A stretch of DNA of 64,000 nucleotides from Promethearchaeia archaeon (GTDB lineage: Archaea > Asgardarchaeota > Lokiarchaeia > Sigyniarchaeales > SOKP01): the NCBI GenBank assembly GCA_029856155.1, contig JAHQWL010000103.1:1-64000 (forward strand), given 5' to 3'. Every line of letters begins with the position of its first letter. Within the stretch, counting starts at the first letter, position 1. Made by a program: the position numbers and the translations under genes. The notes beneath the pieces are model-generated. The model was not told where the DNA came from and did no database searches. It saw only the letters and a program-made list of their open reading frames with translations. Shown in pieces: positions 11,213 to 22,051 of this stretch.

Positions 11213-12505
11213 TTAGAATTCAATCTGTTCAGGTCTTAGTCTTATTTCTTCTTGTTTTTCTATCATTTCTTTTTTTGATTCTTCATGAATAATTTGTTTA
11301 ATATCAGTAAAATACCATGTTATAACAATGCTTACAACTTGCAAATACAGAACAATAACAAATAGTAAACGAATTCCAAAAAACACTGCTAATGGTCCAG
11401 ATATTATCATTCCAAGTGGAGTAATAGCCGCAGCAATGCTAGTAACAATTGAAAATACTCTACCTTGAGTCTCTGGAGGTACTTTCGTTTGGAGTATTGT
11501 AAGAAACATGGTATTCGCTATAGGGATCATAGACGCATGAATCAATGCTCCAATACCCATCAATAGAAAAAAGCTTTTTGGTGCTAGGGTTGTAATTGAA
11601 TACCCCCCAACGCCTATAAATACAGAATATAATATTATTAATTCCTTATGTTTCCAATGTTTTTTAGTTGAAGCTATTATTGCGCCTATAACTATCCCAA
11701 TCTGCAAAAATGCGCTAACAAGCGCAAAATCTAGTTCTCCTCCAGAGTGATCCAAAAGGACAAATAATGACATCTGGGTAGTAAAGGGCATATTTAAAAG
11801 GTTAATAACTGAAATAAATATAATTAAAATTAGAAAACTCCTCACAGATTTTAAAATATTTAAACCATCCTTAAATTCCTTAAAATATGAAACTTTTTTA
11901 GTTTCTTCCGATTTTGATAAGATCGAGGGAATTTTAATTAATAATAATGGAATAATGGCTATAAAAAAAGTGAAAATGTCAACCCAAAGTATTTGTTCAA
12001 TTTCAAAGAAAGCTAGTAAAAATGCTGCTACTATGGGCCCGATTACTTGAATAACACCTGTGAATAAATAGTTGATTGCATTCATTCTACTCAGATTTTT
12101 CTTAGGAATCATTATTGGAATAATAGCATTCACAGTAGGAAAGTGAATTGCTTGACAAATTCCCCGGAAAATATTTATAGTGATTACAAGCCAAATATTT
12201 GCAATACCAGTAAAAAAGAACAATATTATTAAAAAAGTTAGAAACGCTTGAAGGGAATCTGCTAAGGCAATAACAATTTTTCTATTCCATCTATCGATAA
12301 ACACTCCTATTATAGGTGGAATGATGACCATTGGAAGTGAACCTAAAAAAAATGCAATAGATACAGTTATCGGATTTAGGGTTTCTTCTGCAATCCACCA
12401 GACTATAACAAACCGAATAATAGAGGAGCCTAATATCGAAAATAATTGACCTCCCCAAAAAAATAAATAGCTTTTAAATGTTTGTTCAGAAGTGGTTGCA
12501 TTCAT
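11213..12505 (-). CDS. MFS transporter (DHA3/MefA-like)
   Basis: 12 TM; GVFIDRWNRK motif A; PPETQGRVFS. Confidence 0.9.
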   Translation of the reverse strand: MNATTSEQTFKSYLFFWGGQLFSILGSSIIRFVIVWWIAEETLNPITVSIAFFLGSLPMVIIPPIIGVFIDRWNRKIVIALADSLQAFLTFLIILFFFTGIANIWLVITINIFRGICQAIHFPTVNAIIPIMIPKKNLSRMNAINYLFTGVIQVIGPIVAAFLLAFFEIEQILWVDIFTFFIAIIPLLLIKIPSILSKSEETKKVSYFKEFKDGLNILKSVRSFLILIIFISVINLLNMPFTTQMSLFVLLDHSGGELDFALVSAFLQIGIVIGAIIASTKKHWKHKELIILYSVFIGVGGYSITTLAPKSFFLLMGIGALIHASMIPIANTMFLTILQTKVPPETQGRVFSIVTSIAAAITPLGMIISGPLAVFFGIRLLFVIVLYLQVVSIVITWYFTDIKQIIHEESKKEMIEKQEEIRLRPEQIEF

Positions 12506-12600
12506 GAAAAGTAAAATTAATCATTATTTCAAAAGGTTAGGAAATCAATAAAATAATTTTGGAGATTCAAGACTTCTAAAAAAAGGAAAAAAAAGAAATT

Positions 12601-14367
12601 TTATTTTTTAAATAGTGGATCTGCTTCTTGAAGAGTACGTCTCTCGACTTTTCCCATGATACTTTTAGGAATTTCGTCAATTATATCAATCATAGCAGGA
12701 CATTTCCATTTTGTCATATTCTTTTCTGTCCATGCTATTAACTCCTCTCCCGTGATTTTTCCTTGGTATTCGGGTCTCAAGGCTACCCATGCTTTTGTGA
12801 TTTCTCCAACCTTTCCCGCTGGATCAGGTAGACCTGCAACAGCTGCTTCAGAAACAGCCTCATGACTCATAAGTAAACTTTCAACTTCAGCTGGAAAGAC
12901 TGAATGACCCGCAACTTTAATTAATTGTTTCTTTCTATCTCTTATCGCTATTGTTCCATCTTCATTCATAAATCCGATATCACCTGTAAGTAACCATGTT
13001 CGGCCATCCCATTTTTTCAATGTATCTACTGTTTCCGCTGGTTGGTTTAAATATCCTTTCATAACTTGAGGACCACAAACGCATATTTCTCCAGTATTTT
13101 CTTCTCCATATTTTGATCCAGATGAGCCATTTGCTAGTAGTCCTTTCTCAAATTCGTCTGCATCAAAAATTCCCCAATCCGTGCCTGTCATTGGCATCCC
13201 AATGGTTCCAACCGGGCTCTCACCGAATAGATTCCCGGCACTTACTACAGGACTAGCTTCTGAAAGCCCATATCCCTCCACAATTCTTCCTTGAGTATTT
13301 TCTTGAAATGATTTTTGCACAGGAGCATGCAAAGGTCCAGCACCTGAAATACAAAGTCTTAACCTACCCATTAAATTCGGAAACTTTTCTAAATTTGGAA
13401 AATCCGCAATCCTCTTGAATAATATTTCAGCACCCGCATAAAATAGACCTTTTGGAGCATCAATATGCGTTATTTCTTTTAAAAATTCATCTGTTGGTGG
13501 AGGTCTTGGAAAAAGCATCATCCAACCCCCTAAAGCTATGGCTACATTCATAACTGCTGTCATTGCAAATGAATGATACAAAGGAATTGCCCCAATATCA
13601 CCTACTCCAGGATCTTCACCACCTACCCATAAAACACATTGAATTGCATTAGAAAATAAGTTGAAATGTGTTAAAACTGTGGCTTTAGGAATCCCAGTGG
13701 TTCCACCAGTCATAATAAACGTAGCTGTTTGCTCGGTTGGATCAAAATCCACCTTTGGTAGATCAACTTCAGTATTAAGAAGATCCATAAAATTTATTGC
13801 ACTAGGAAAATCAACTTTTCCTGTGGGTATCTTTCCAACCATTTTCCCTAATTTTTTCTTCATTCCTGATAAACCTGAAGCTAAATCTACGATGTTTGTA
13901 TAAATCACCATCTCAACATTAGTCCTACTAATAATTGGACGCGCTAATTCTCCATATAATGCATCCAAGGTAATTAAAACCTTCGAATTAGTCATTTTAA
14001 GTTGATGCAATACTTCTAAAGGCTTATAAGTGGGATTTATACCAGTTGCAATTGCTCCTAATTTTACAGTTGCATAAAAACAAATAACATATTGAAAACA
14101 ATTTGGCATTAAAAATGCAACAACATCTCCTTTTTTCACTCCTAATTTATCTAAAGCTGTTGCTAAAGAATCAATGGCTTGTCCTGCTTCTTCATAGGTC
14201 ATCCATGATTCTATAAACCACATCATCCTTTCATTAGCATATTTTTTTCTTTGCCTCTCGAAAAACTCTCCTAATGAAATTTTTTCAAACTTGTGATTCT
14301 TTGGTGTTTCCTTTGGCCACCACTTCTTAAACCATGCTTTATCTTCTTTAATTTGCCATTCTGACAT
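12601..14367 (-). CDS. Long-chain fatty-acid--CoA ligase
   Basis: TGGTTGIPK, EGYGLSE, TGDIG and PKSIMGKV AMP-binding motifs. Confidence 0.92.
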   Translation of the reverse strand: MSEWQIKEDKAWFKKWWPKETPKNHKFEKISLGEFFERQRKKYANERMMWFIESWMTYEEAGQAIDSLATALDKLGVKKGDVVAFLMPNCFQYVICFYATVKLGAIATGINPTYKPLEVLHQLKMTNSKVLITLDALYGELARPIISRTNVEMVIYTNIVDLASGLSGMKKKLGKMVGKIPTGKVDFPSAINFMDLLNTEVDLPKVDFDPTEQTATFIMTGGTTGIPKATVLTHFNLFSNAIQCVLWVGGEDPGVGDIGAIPLYHSFAMTAVMNVAIALGGWMMLFPRPPPTDEFLKEITHIDAPKGLFYAGAEILFKRIADFPNLEKFPNLMGRLRLCISGAGPLHAPVQKSFQENTQGRIVEGYGLSEASPVVSAGNLFGESPVGTIGMPMTGTDWGIFDADEFEKGLLANGSSGSKYGEENTGEICVCGPQVMKGYLNQPAETVDTLKKWDGRTWLLTGDIGFMNEDGTIAIRDRKKQLIKVAGHSVFPAEVESLLMSHEAVSEAAVAGLPDPAGKVGEITKAWVALRPEYQGKITGEELIAWTEKNMTKWKCPAMIDIIDEIPKSIMGKVERRTLQEADPLFKK

Positions 14368-14502
14368 CTTTTTTCCCTTATAATTATTCTTATTTGATAA
14401 AAGTATAACTTTTTATGTTTGAATATTAAGTAAAATTAGCTTAAATTTATAAAGTTTATAAAAAATAACATTCATCAAGTTATATAGACATATTCTATTG
14501 AA

Positions 14503-15285
14503 CTAAGAAGTCGATTGTAAATTGAGTATTTGATTTAAATCTCTTAAACGTGAAATAGTCTTAAAAGGTATTATATTTGAATTAAAGCTGAATTTTTTTT
14601 TTTCTTTACCTTTTTTTTTAGAGAAATAATCATTTCCTATCATTCTCTTCTTTAAGTTTTGACGTTGAATTAATATAGGTTTAATACCAGAATTTAGAGC
14701 ACCCTCAACATCTTCTTTACTATCTCCAATAAATACAACTTCTTGAGGTTTTAATTCAAGCTTTTCAAGAGTAATATTAAAGATCTGTGGATCAGGTTTT
14801 TTATAACCAATTTCTCCTGATACAGCTATAAATTCAAAATATTTAATGAGCTTATATTTGGATAAAATTGAATAGATAAAAGGAGGATGATCAAAATTAG
14901 TTATTAAGGCAAGATCTTTCTCGTTTCTTAAAATTCTTAATAATGGAATCGCTTCTGAATCAAGTTTTACATAGCTATGCCAAGAATTAACACATTCATT
15001 AGCAATTCTTTTAATCTCATGTGTTTGAAGCTCCAATTTTAAATTTAATGCAAATTCCTTAATTCTACGCTCATAAATTGTTAGGTTTTTATCCTTCTCT
15101 AGGGGTTCTTCTCTTGTAAAAAAACCACTACATAGATTTGCAAAATCTCGTTTAGATAGGGTTAAACCATTCGTTTTCATGAGTCTATAAAATTTTGATA
15201 ACCAGCTATTCCATGCTTTCTTGTTATTTTCAGGTATTAATATTGTACCATATAGATCAAAAAAAACTCCTTTTACTAACATCAT
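14503..15285 (-). CDS. HAD-family hydrolase
   Basis: FDLYGT, ITN, KKPDP, IGDSKEDVEGA. Confidence 0.9.
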   Translation of the reverse strand: MMLVKGVFFDLYGTILIPENNKKAWNSWLSKFYRLMKTNGLTLSKRDFANLCSGFFTREEPLEKDKNLTIYERRIKEFALNLKLELQTHEIKRIANECVNSWHSYVKLDSEAIPLLRILRNEKDLALITNFDHPPFIYSILSKYKLIKYFEFIAVSGEIGYKKPDPQIFNITLEKLELKPQEVVFIGDSKEDVEGALNSGIKPILIQRQNLKKRMIGNDYFSKKKGKEKKKFSFNSNIIPFKTISRLRDLNQILNLQSTS

Positions 15286-15423
15286 TATTAACTTTAGTAA
15301 TTCTTTTTAATTCATTTAAGAAGTCTGTTTTTTAAAAGTATATTAAAATTATAATAATAAAAAATAAATGATATTATTAATTCGAAATACTTAGATTTAG
15401 ATAAAATAATAATTATTAAAAAA

Positions 15424-15783
15424 ATGCTATGTATTCACGGTTTAGACGAAACTAATTGTCCAACTTGTCGAATTTTAAAATCCACTGTACCATTAAAGGG
15501 TATTAGTTTTAAAAAAACAAATTTTCTTAATATAAATGATTTGATTACTAAAAAAAATATAAATCTTGAAAAAAAATTAATTGAAGAAATAACATCTAAA
15601 AAAGGTACTTCCCCTCCTAATCTTATTCCAAAACCTTTAGTAATTAATCAAATCCCTAATTTTAATAATGAATTTTTTAGAGAAAGATTTAAAGATCTCG
15701 ATATATCCAAAGAAGATAAATATGGAATTACTAAGAAAATACATCTCGAAAACCCAGAATGGGAATTTGAGGAAGAAGAGTAA
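15424..15783 (+). CDS. Hypothetical protein with N-terminal C-x-H...CxxC metal site
   Basis: MLCIHGLDETNCPTC. Confidence 0.6.
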   Translation: MLCIHGLDETNCPTCRILKSTVPLKGISFKKTNFLNINDLITKKNINLEKKLIEEITSKKGTSPPNLIPKPLVINQIPNFNNEFFRERFKDLDISKEDKYGITKKIHLENPEWEFEEEE

Positions 15784-16014
15784 ACTCCAGATCATAATCA
15801 ATATTAATTGAATTTAATAGCTCCGAAATATGTTCCCTTGAAAAAAAAGTTTTGGTGCAAAACCAATTCAATTCTTCTAATATATTTAAATTCATCTTTA
15901 GAAAAATTGAGTTTGATTATCTTTAATTTTGATATGGGGACTATAATATAAAAATCTATCAATTACATACTGTAATCTGATAAATTTAAAGGCTCAATAA
16001 AATTCATCTAATCT

Positions 16015-17301
16015 TTAAAATAGAATCTTTTTTATCTCACTTAATCGCTTAATCAAAATATTCAAAATATCTCTATTATCCTCAACAATGTTGTGATGAG
16101 GAATGCTGAATAGTGAGTGTCCGTGAATATTTCCAGTTTCCTTAAATTTATCTAATACATCAATAAAATATTGTTCTACTGTTCCTACTTTTTGTATAAA
16201 ATCAGCTTCGTCTTTCATTGAATTAAAATTCTTCTTTAATTTCTCAAACACTAAAAAACGCTTATTATTTTCATCAAAATACTTTTCTATATTTCTTCCT
16301 TTATAATAATTTCTTAAGCAATCAATCATGAGATTTTCTAACAACTTTCTAATTAAAATATACATCGAAGTAAAATATTTTTTCCGATATGTACCATTGA
16401 TTTCACTTCTTATTTCATTATAAGCATCTTCTTCAAAATGATAATTGATATCAACAATACGATCAAATTTAAGAGAAACATCAGTTGATTGAGAGGATTC
16501 AATAACTTCTACAATTTTCTCAGGGAGAGCGGACTTTACAACGTAAATAGATTGGTTAAGGTTGATAATTTGCAAATTAGGTTCATCTAAAAATTCTCCT
16601 AAAAACTGTGATATCTTATTGATTGAGGCTTCAGATACATCATCCCATAATTTTCGACCCTTTCCAATCCCCCAAAAATAAATATAAATATTGTTATGAG
16701 GATGATATTCAGGATCATTTAAATTAAAATATATCACAATTGTGACCTCATTTTTAATTGAGGGTTCAAGAGTATGGATATCATGATATTCGACACCTAA
16801 TCCTCCACGCTTAGCACCTATACCTCCACCTATCTTACCAGTGTATTTTTCTAAGATATATGTAGTATTTTCTATTAATTCTTTTAAAGAGCCTTTCTTT
16901 TGATAGATTTTAAGAGTATAAAAATTATAGTGATTTGCATAATATTCAAGTGATAAATCGTTTAGAGAATTGATAAATTCTGATGTTAAATCTCCTTTAT
17001 TTCTAATAATATATTGAGAAATATGATGTAAGTTCCGTGTAAATGCAAATATTGGAAAATGATTATCTTCAGGACATATAGAATATAGATATTCCTTAAG
17101 GTCTTTCTTAAACTTTAAATTTAATAAATTAGATATACCATTCTTTAAGATCTGTATAGCCTCATCCAATTTATTGTTCAAGATATCCTCTAATATGTTC
17201 TTCCTTAAAGTATCTTTTGAATCTGAATAAGGATCAATATCAAAGATAGGAGAAATAAAAAAATTTTTAAAATCATTAAAAATTGGATTCAATTCTACCA
17301 T
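16015..17301 (-). CDS. Hypothetical protein with C-terminal HEPN/DUF4145-like domain
   Basis: Likely start MVELNP at 17301 (the upstream 50 codons look intergenic); C-terminal ILIRKLLENL...KETGNIHGHS. Confidence 0.55.
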   Translation of the reverse strand: MVELNPIFNDFKNFFISPIFDIDPYSDSKDTLRKNILEDILNNKLDEAIQILKNGISNLLNLKFKKDLKEYLYSICPEDNHFPIFAFTRNLHHISQYIIRNKGDLTSEFINSLNDLSLEYYANHYNFYTLKIYQKKGSLKELIENTTYILEKYTGKIGGGIGAKRGGLGVEYHDIHTLEPSIKNEVTIVIYFNLNDPEYHPHNNIYIYFWGIGKGRKLWDDVSEASINKISQFLGEFLDEPNLQIINLNQSIYVVKSALPEKIVEVIESSQSTDVSLKFDRIVDINYHFEEDAYNEIRSEINGTYRKKYFTSMYILIRKLLENLMIDCLRNYYKGRNIEKYFDENNKRFLVFEKLKKNFNSMKDEADFIQKVGTVEQYFIDVLDKFKETGNIHGHSLFSIPHHNIVEDNRDILNILIKRLSEIKKILF

Positions 17302-17539
17302 GATATTAATATATGAAATAAATATTATTAAAATAACATATTTGTATAATAAATAAAATTGTCTTCTGAGAAATTTCAAAAAATAATAAATAATATAACT
17401 TAGTATTATATTGGAAAAGGAGAGAAAAATTAATTTTTTTTTTGGATTCAATTCTTACTTAATACATTATTATTTTAAGCGATTATTTCATAATTATAAA
17501 TTATAACTTTATCTACGAAATAATTAAGTAGTGAAATAA

Positions 17540-18190
17540 ATGGCTCAAATGGAAATTACATGGCTTGGTCATGCAGCCTTCAAAATTAAAACTCATAGCG
17601 GAAGAATTATTTATCTTGATCCTTACCAGATTAAAGAAGGAGAGGAAAAAGCAGACATAATTGTTTCTACCCATTCTCACGGAGATCATTTTGATTCGAG
17701 TAGTATAATAAAACTTAAGAAGGATGATACGGTTCTCATAGGACCCGAGAGTATTGCTAGTAGCTTGCAAAAATTTGATGGTACACCATTGAAATTAGGA
17801 CAATCCTTTGACTATAAAGACCTTTCAATCGAGTTAGTTCCAGCATATAATATTAAGAAGCCTAACCATCCTAAACGTAATGAATGGGCGGGGATAATAG
17901 TAACATCAGAAGATAAAAGTGTATATCATGCTGGAGATACCGAACGAATCCCTGAAATGAAAGATTTAGCAAGTCGAAACATAACTGTGGCATTAATGCC
18001 CTGTGGTGGAACTTACACTATGGACTTTGATGAAGCTACTGATTCTGTCGTCGATGTAAAACCAGAGATTGCAATCCCAATGCATAATTGGGGTAAAGAC
18101 CTAAGCAAATTTAGAGAATTACTGGAGAAAAAGGATCCAAGCATTAAAGTAGAAATACTAGAAGAAGGCGGCGAACCCCTAAAAATCTAA
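17540..18190 (+). CDS. MBL-fold metallo-hydrolase
   Basis: WLGHA, THSHGDH, YHAGDT, IPMH. Confidence 0.92.
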   Translation: MAQMEITWLGHAAFKIKTHSGRIIYLDPYQIKEGEEKADIIVSTHSHGDHFDSSSIIKLKKDDTVLIGPESIASSLQKFDGTPLKLGQSFDYKDLSIELVPAYNIKKPNHPKRNEWAGIIVTSEDKSVYHAGDTERIPEMKDLASRNITVALMPCGGTYTMDFDEATDSVVDVKPEIAIPMHNWGKDLSKFRELLEKKDPSIKVEILEEGGEPLKI

Positions 18191-18263
18191 ATTTTTTTTC
18201 TTTTTAGATTAATTGATTTTTCTAAAATGAATACTTATATTAAAAAAATGTAAATTTAAAGAT

Positions 18264-19164
18264 TTATTTTTCTTCTTCTTTTTTCTTTTCAGATCTTTTC
18301 TCTTTTATTTTCTTTACTCCTTTTAATATTGCATCTCCAGGAGAACCCCCTATAGGACTACCACTATCATAAGTACTTTTTTGAAGCACCTTTTCTGCTT
18401 GAATTCCTCCCCATGTTTTTTGTGTAGTTGATCCTATAGACCGTACAGCTTTAAAATCTTGAACTGTACTTGATACACTAGATTCAAACTGAGCCCCAGC
18501 ACTGGAAATTTGTGAACCATATGCTGTAACTACCGACAATGCTTTTGTAGTTTTTTTCATTGCAGCAGGTAGTAATACATATCTAGCGAAAATTTTAGGA
18601 ACCAATCAATCTTCAGTAATAATTTTAACCCATTGTTTATCACGACCAATTTCTTTCGAAATAAATCGTAATTGGCGAGTATGTTTAAAAAATCCTATTA
18701 TGGCTTTTAGGCGCGCACTAGGTTCTTTTTTATTTCCTAATATTTCCTTAATTTCCTTTTCAAGTTCTTCCTTCACTTTGGATTCAGTTAAAAAATGTTT
18801 CCCCTTTTTGTCTTGAATAATTCCTTTATTTTCTAAGTCCAACCATAGTTGTTCTTGCCACTTCATATTTTTACCACTTAAACCCCTTCAAAAATTCTAC
18901 TAATTTTAGCGTTTTACCAGCTTTCTGAATATTAATAATTTCAAACATTATACCATCCAAAATAGGATTACCCGTAGGTGTATCATCAGATAACGCAATG
19001 CTTACTTTCTTTCCTTCAGATTCAATTTTTAATCTTTCCAAAATCCATAATTCCTCAATAATCGAAGCAGGTATCACCGTTTTTATAAATTATTTTAATT
19101 TACTCGGTGTTTTTCCTTTTTTTTCATCCAAAATGAGTAATAATATTTCTTCTCCAATTAGCAT
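18264..19164 (-). pseudogene. Disrupted GPP34/GOLPH3 (Vps74)-family gene
   Basis: ATG 19164 after GGGTGA gives MLIGEEILLLILDEKKGK; in-frame TAA near 19090; then ...DDTPTGNPILD...; frameshift near 18870; LENKGII; in-frame TGA at 18606-18608. Confidence 0.65.
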
Positions 19165-19390
19165 TATTAATTTCACCCATTATTGTTGAATATTTTTAAT
19201 TTAATAATTTATTAGGTAAAATGATATAAAAAAATTCAAGCAGATCATCATTAATTATATTTTTAAGATGGATTTCCGATCTTAAGAAATATCTTAAAAA
19301 AGATTTTATACTATAGGATTTTAAATGTAATATATAAAATTCTTAATTTTCAATAAAATTAGCAAGATATACCTAAAAATGTGATGATAA

Positions 19391-21106
19391 ATGGAAATTG
19401 ATGAAGAAATGAGGGATAATACTAATGTAGCGTATATTTCTATGGAGATTGCAATAGATAGCAACATTCCTACATACTCTGGCGGGTTAGGTGTATTGTC
19501 AGGAGATACTGTAAGGTCAGCTGCTGATTTAGAAATACCTATGGTAGGTATTTGTTTATGTTACAGTTCTGGATATTTTTATCAATTTTTTAATGAATTT
19601 GGAGAGCAAAAGGAAAAAGAAATTGCGTGGAACTTCTATTATGAATTTGATAAAGTTGAAAAACCAATTACGGTTAAAATTGAAAATAAAGACATTCTTG
19701 TAAGTGCATGGCTTTATCGCGTGATTGGTCAATCGGGTCACGTCCTTCCGATTTATCTTTTAACAACTGATGTTGAAGGTAATGAAGAATGGATGAAAAA
19801 AATGACTGGCTCTTTATATGATAGTACGAGTCGTTGGAATCGAATAGTACAAGAAATGATCCTCGGGATTGGAGGAGTTAAGCTTTTAAAATCTTTGGGA
19901 TATAATAACATTGAAACTTATCACCTTAATGAAGGCCACGGTTCGTTTTCAACTCTTGAATTGTATAAGGAATTAGGTAGTATTGAAAAAGTAAAAGAAA
20001 AATTTGCTTTTACGACCCACACCCCAGTTCCGGCAGGTCATGATCGATTTAAGAAGGATTTAGTTAAAAAAGTATTTGAAAATAGAATGCCTTCTGAAAT
20101 TCAAAAACTTGCTGATGACCATGGAGAATTCAATATGACTTTTCTTGGTATGGCTCTTTCTAGGTACAGAAATGCTGTTGCGAAAAAACATGGGGATATA
20201 TCAAGGAAGATGTTCCCTCAATATGAAATTGATTATATTACTAATGGCGTTCATTTACCCTTTTGGGTTTCTAAACCTTTTCGAAAAATATTTGGAAGAA
20301 AATGGCCCAATTGGCGGGCAAATCCTTCTTTGCTTGAGAATGCAATAGAACTGGATGACTTAGATCTTTTTGATGCTCATATTGAGAATAAATTCAATCT
20401 CATTAATTATCAAAAAGGTCATAGTTGGAACTTGCTTGATGAAGAATTAATCACAATTGGTTTTGCGAGACGCTTCGCAACTTACAAGAGAGCAACACTC
20501 ATATTTCATGATATTGATAGACTAGGCAAAATCTGTAAAAATAGTATTCAATTTATTTTCGCCGGAAAAGCTCATCCAAAAGATCAAATGGGAAAGGATT
20601 ACATTAAAGAGATACATGAGTCAGGAGAATACTTATATGATAATTATGGTGTAAAAGTTGTAATGATGGAAAATTATAATATGGATCTCTCTCATATGCT
20701 TGTATCTGGAGTAGATCTTTGGCTTAATACTCCTGATAGGTATCGTGAAGCTAGTGGCACCAGTGGGATGAAGGCTGCATTAAATGGTGTTCCAAATCTA
20801 AGTGTTTTAGATGGGTGGTGGTTAGAAGGATATAAGATGAATGCACTCTCTGGTTGGGCTATTGGTCCAGATGATTCAAATCCTAATGACCCTGGTGTTT
20901 CAAACGACTGGGATATTGATTCCAATGCGTTATATGAGATTCTCGAAAACCAAATAAAACCTATTTATATGGACCACGATGAGTGGATCTTTAAGCAAAA
21001 AAATGCGATATCTTTAGCTGCTTATTTTAATACACATAGGATGGTATTAGAATATGCTAAAAGAGCTTATCGCCTAATAAAACAAAAATCATGGAAATTT
21101 GTCTAA
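19391..21106 (+). CDS. glgP: Alpha-glucan (glycogen/maltodextrin) phosphorylase
   Basis: YSGGLGVLSGD, HLNEGH, FARRFATYKR, EASGTSGMKA (PLP lysine). Confidence 0.95.
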   Translation: MEIDEEMRDNTNVAYISMEIAIDSNIPTYSGGLGVLSGDTVRSAADLEIPMVGICLCYSSGYFYQFFNEFGEQKEKEIAWNFYYEFDKVEKPITVKIENKDILVSAWLYRVIGQSGHVLPIYLLTTDVEGNEEWMKKMTGSLYDSTSRWNRIVQEMILGIGGVKLLKSLGYNNIETYHLNEGHGSFSTLELYKELGSIEKVKEKFAFTTHTPVPAGHDRFKKDLVKKVFENRMPSEIQKLADDHGEFNMTFLGMALSRYRNAVAKKHGDISRKMFPQYEIDYITNGVHLPFWVSKPFRKIFGRKWPNWRANPSLLENAIELDDLDLFDAHIENKFNLINYQKGHSWNLLDEELITIGFARRFATYKRATLIFHDIDRLGKICKNSIQFIFAGKAHPKDQMGKDYIKEIHESGEYLYDNYGVKVVMMENYNMDLSHMLVSGVDLWLNTPDRYREASGTSGMKAALNGVPNLSVLDGWWLEGYKMNALSGWAIGPDDSNPNDPGVSNDWDIDSNALYEILENQIKPIYMDHDEWIFKQKNAISLAAYFNTHRMVLEYAKRAYRLIKQKSWKFV

Positions 21107-21188
21107 ATTGAAAAGATTAGATTATTAAAAATCCTAAAGGTAAATATAATTTTTTTATTTTTACCTTAATGTTATAATTTTATTTAAT

Positions 21189-21314
21189 TTAACTTGGAGT
21201 TTTTATGCAATTCATTAGTTCAAATGGACGGATTTTAATGTAATCATCGAATTTTTTTTGATTAGTGTAATCTTCAAGGATTTGTTTTATATCATTAGCG
21301 GCTTTCTTCAATAC
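21189..21314 (-). pseudogene. Internally deleted remnant of a paralogue of 21431-21943
   Basis: Reads VLKKAAND/IKQILEDYTNQKKFDDYIKIRPFELMNC*, versus IMKKANE...LKQILEDYTSQKQFDDYIKVCSFKLFNC in the neighbour. Confidence 0.7.
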
Positions 21315-21430
21315 GCATCATATGGTTATAGATTATGTTGAAAGGGCTTATTTACTTAAGAGACAACATCCTTGGAAATATATTGGTTAATTTTTTTTAT
21401 TTTTACCTTTATAATTTAAAAATGGTATAT

Positions 21431-21943
21431 TTAAGTAAGAGAGTTTTTACAATTGAATAATTTAAATGAACAAACTTTAATATAGTCATCAAATTGTTTT
21501 TGACTTGTGTAATCTTCCAGAATTTGTTTTAAAATGGATTCTAAGGTATCTATGCCAAAAACTAATCCTTCCATATCACGTGAAAGGAGAAGCATAAAAT
21601 CTTTATTTGATTCAAGATAAAAACAACCGGGATTTAGTTCTATACTTAAATTAGGTTCTATAACTTCATTAGCTTTTTTCATTATATCAGATATAGTAAA
21701 TAGAATTATTAAATAATTTTCCGAAATGCTTTCTTTTAAATAGGTGTCTCTTATACCTGCAGCTTGTAAAGGTACATTAGTATAAGTTTTGACTAAATAT
21801 TGGAGTCGATTAAGTTCTTTTCTAAATTTACTTTTATTATGAAAAAAAATGAATTCATTATTCAGTTTTAACGGTTCTTCATCGATATATGTTATTTTTG
21901 AAGGTAATTTTTCAAATTTAAATTCTTTGAGGAAAGTGGACAT
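21431..21943 (-). CDS. Stand-alone GH20 N-terminal (zincin-like, domain 2) protein
   Basis: PGCFYLESNKDFMLLLSRDMEGLVFGIDTLESIL resembles the hexosaminidase domain-2 pattern. Confidence 0.6.
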   Translation of the reverse strand: MSTFLKEFKFEKLPSKITYIDEEPLKLNNEFIFFHNKSKFRKELNRLQYLVKTYTNVPLQAAGIRDTYLKESISENYLIILFTISDIMKKANEVIEPNLSIELNPGCFYLESNKDFMLLLSRDMEGLVFGIDTLESILKQILEDYTSQKQFDDYIKVCSFKLFNCKNSLT

Positions 21944-22051
21944 TTTATCTCACAGGTTTAATAGATTTATTTAAGTATAGTAAATTTCATTTAATAAAAA
22001 ACTTCATCATTATAGCTTGTAAGTTAGTCTTGAGGAATAAAAATAAAAATT

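Noticed and set aside
18606-18608. TGA as selenocysteine in the GPP34-like gene
   Set aside because: The gene has other lesions (TAA and a frameshift), so decay is the simpler explanation.
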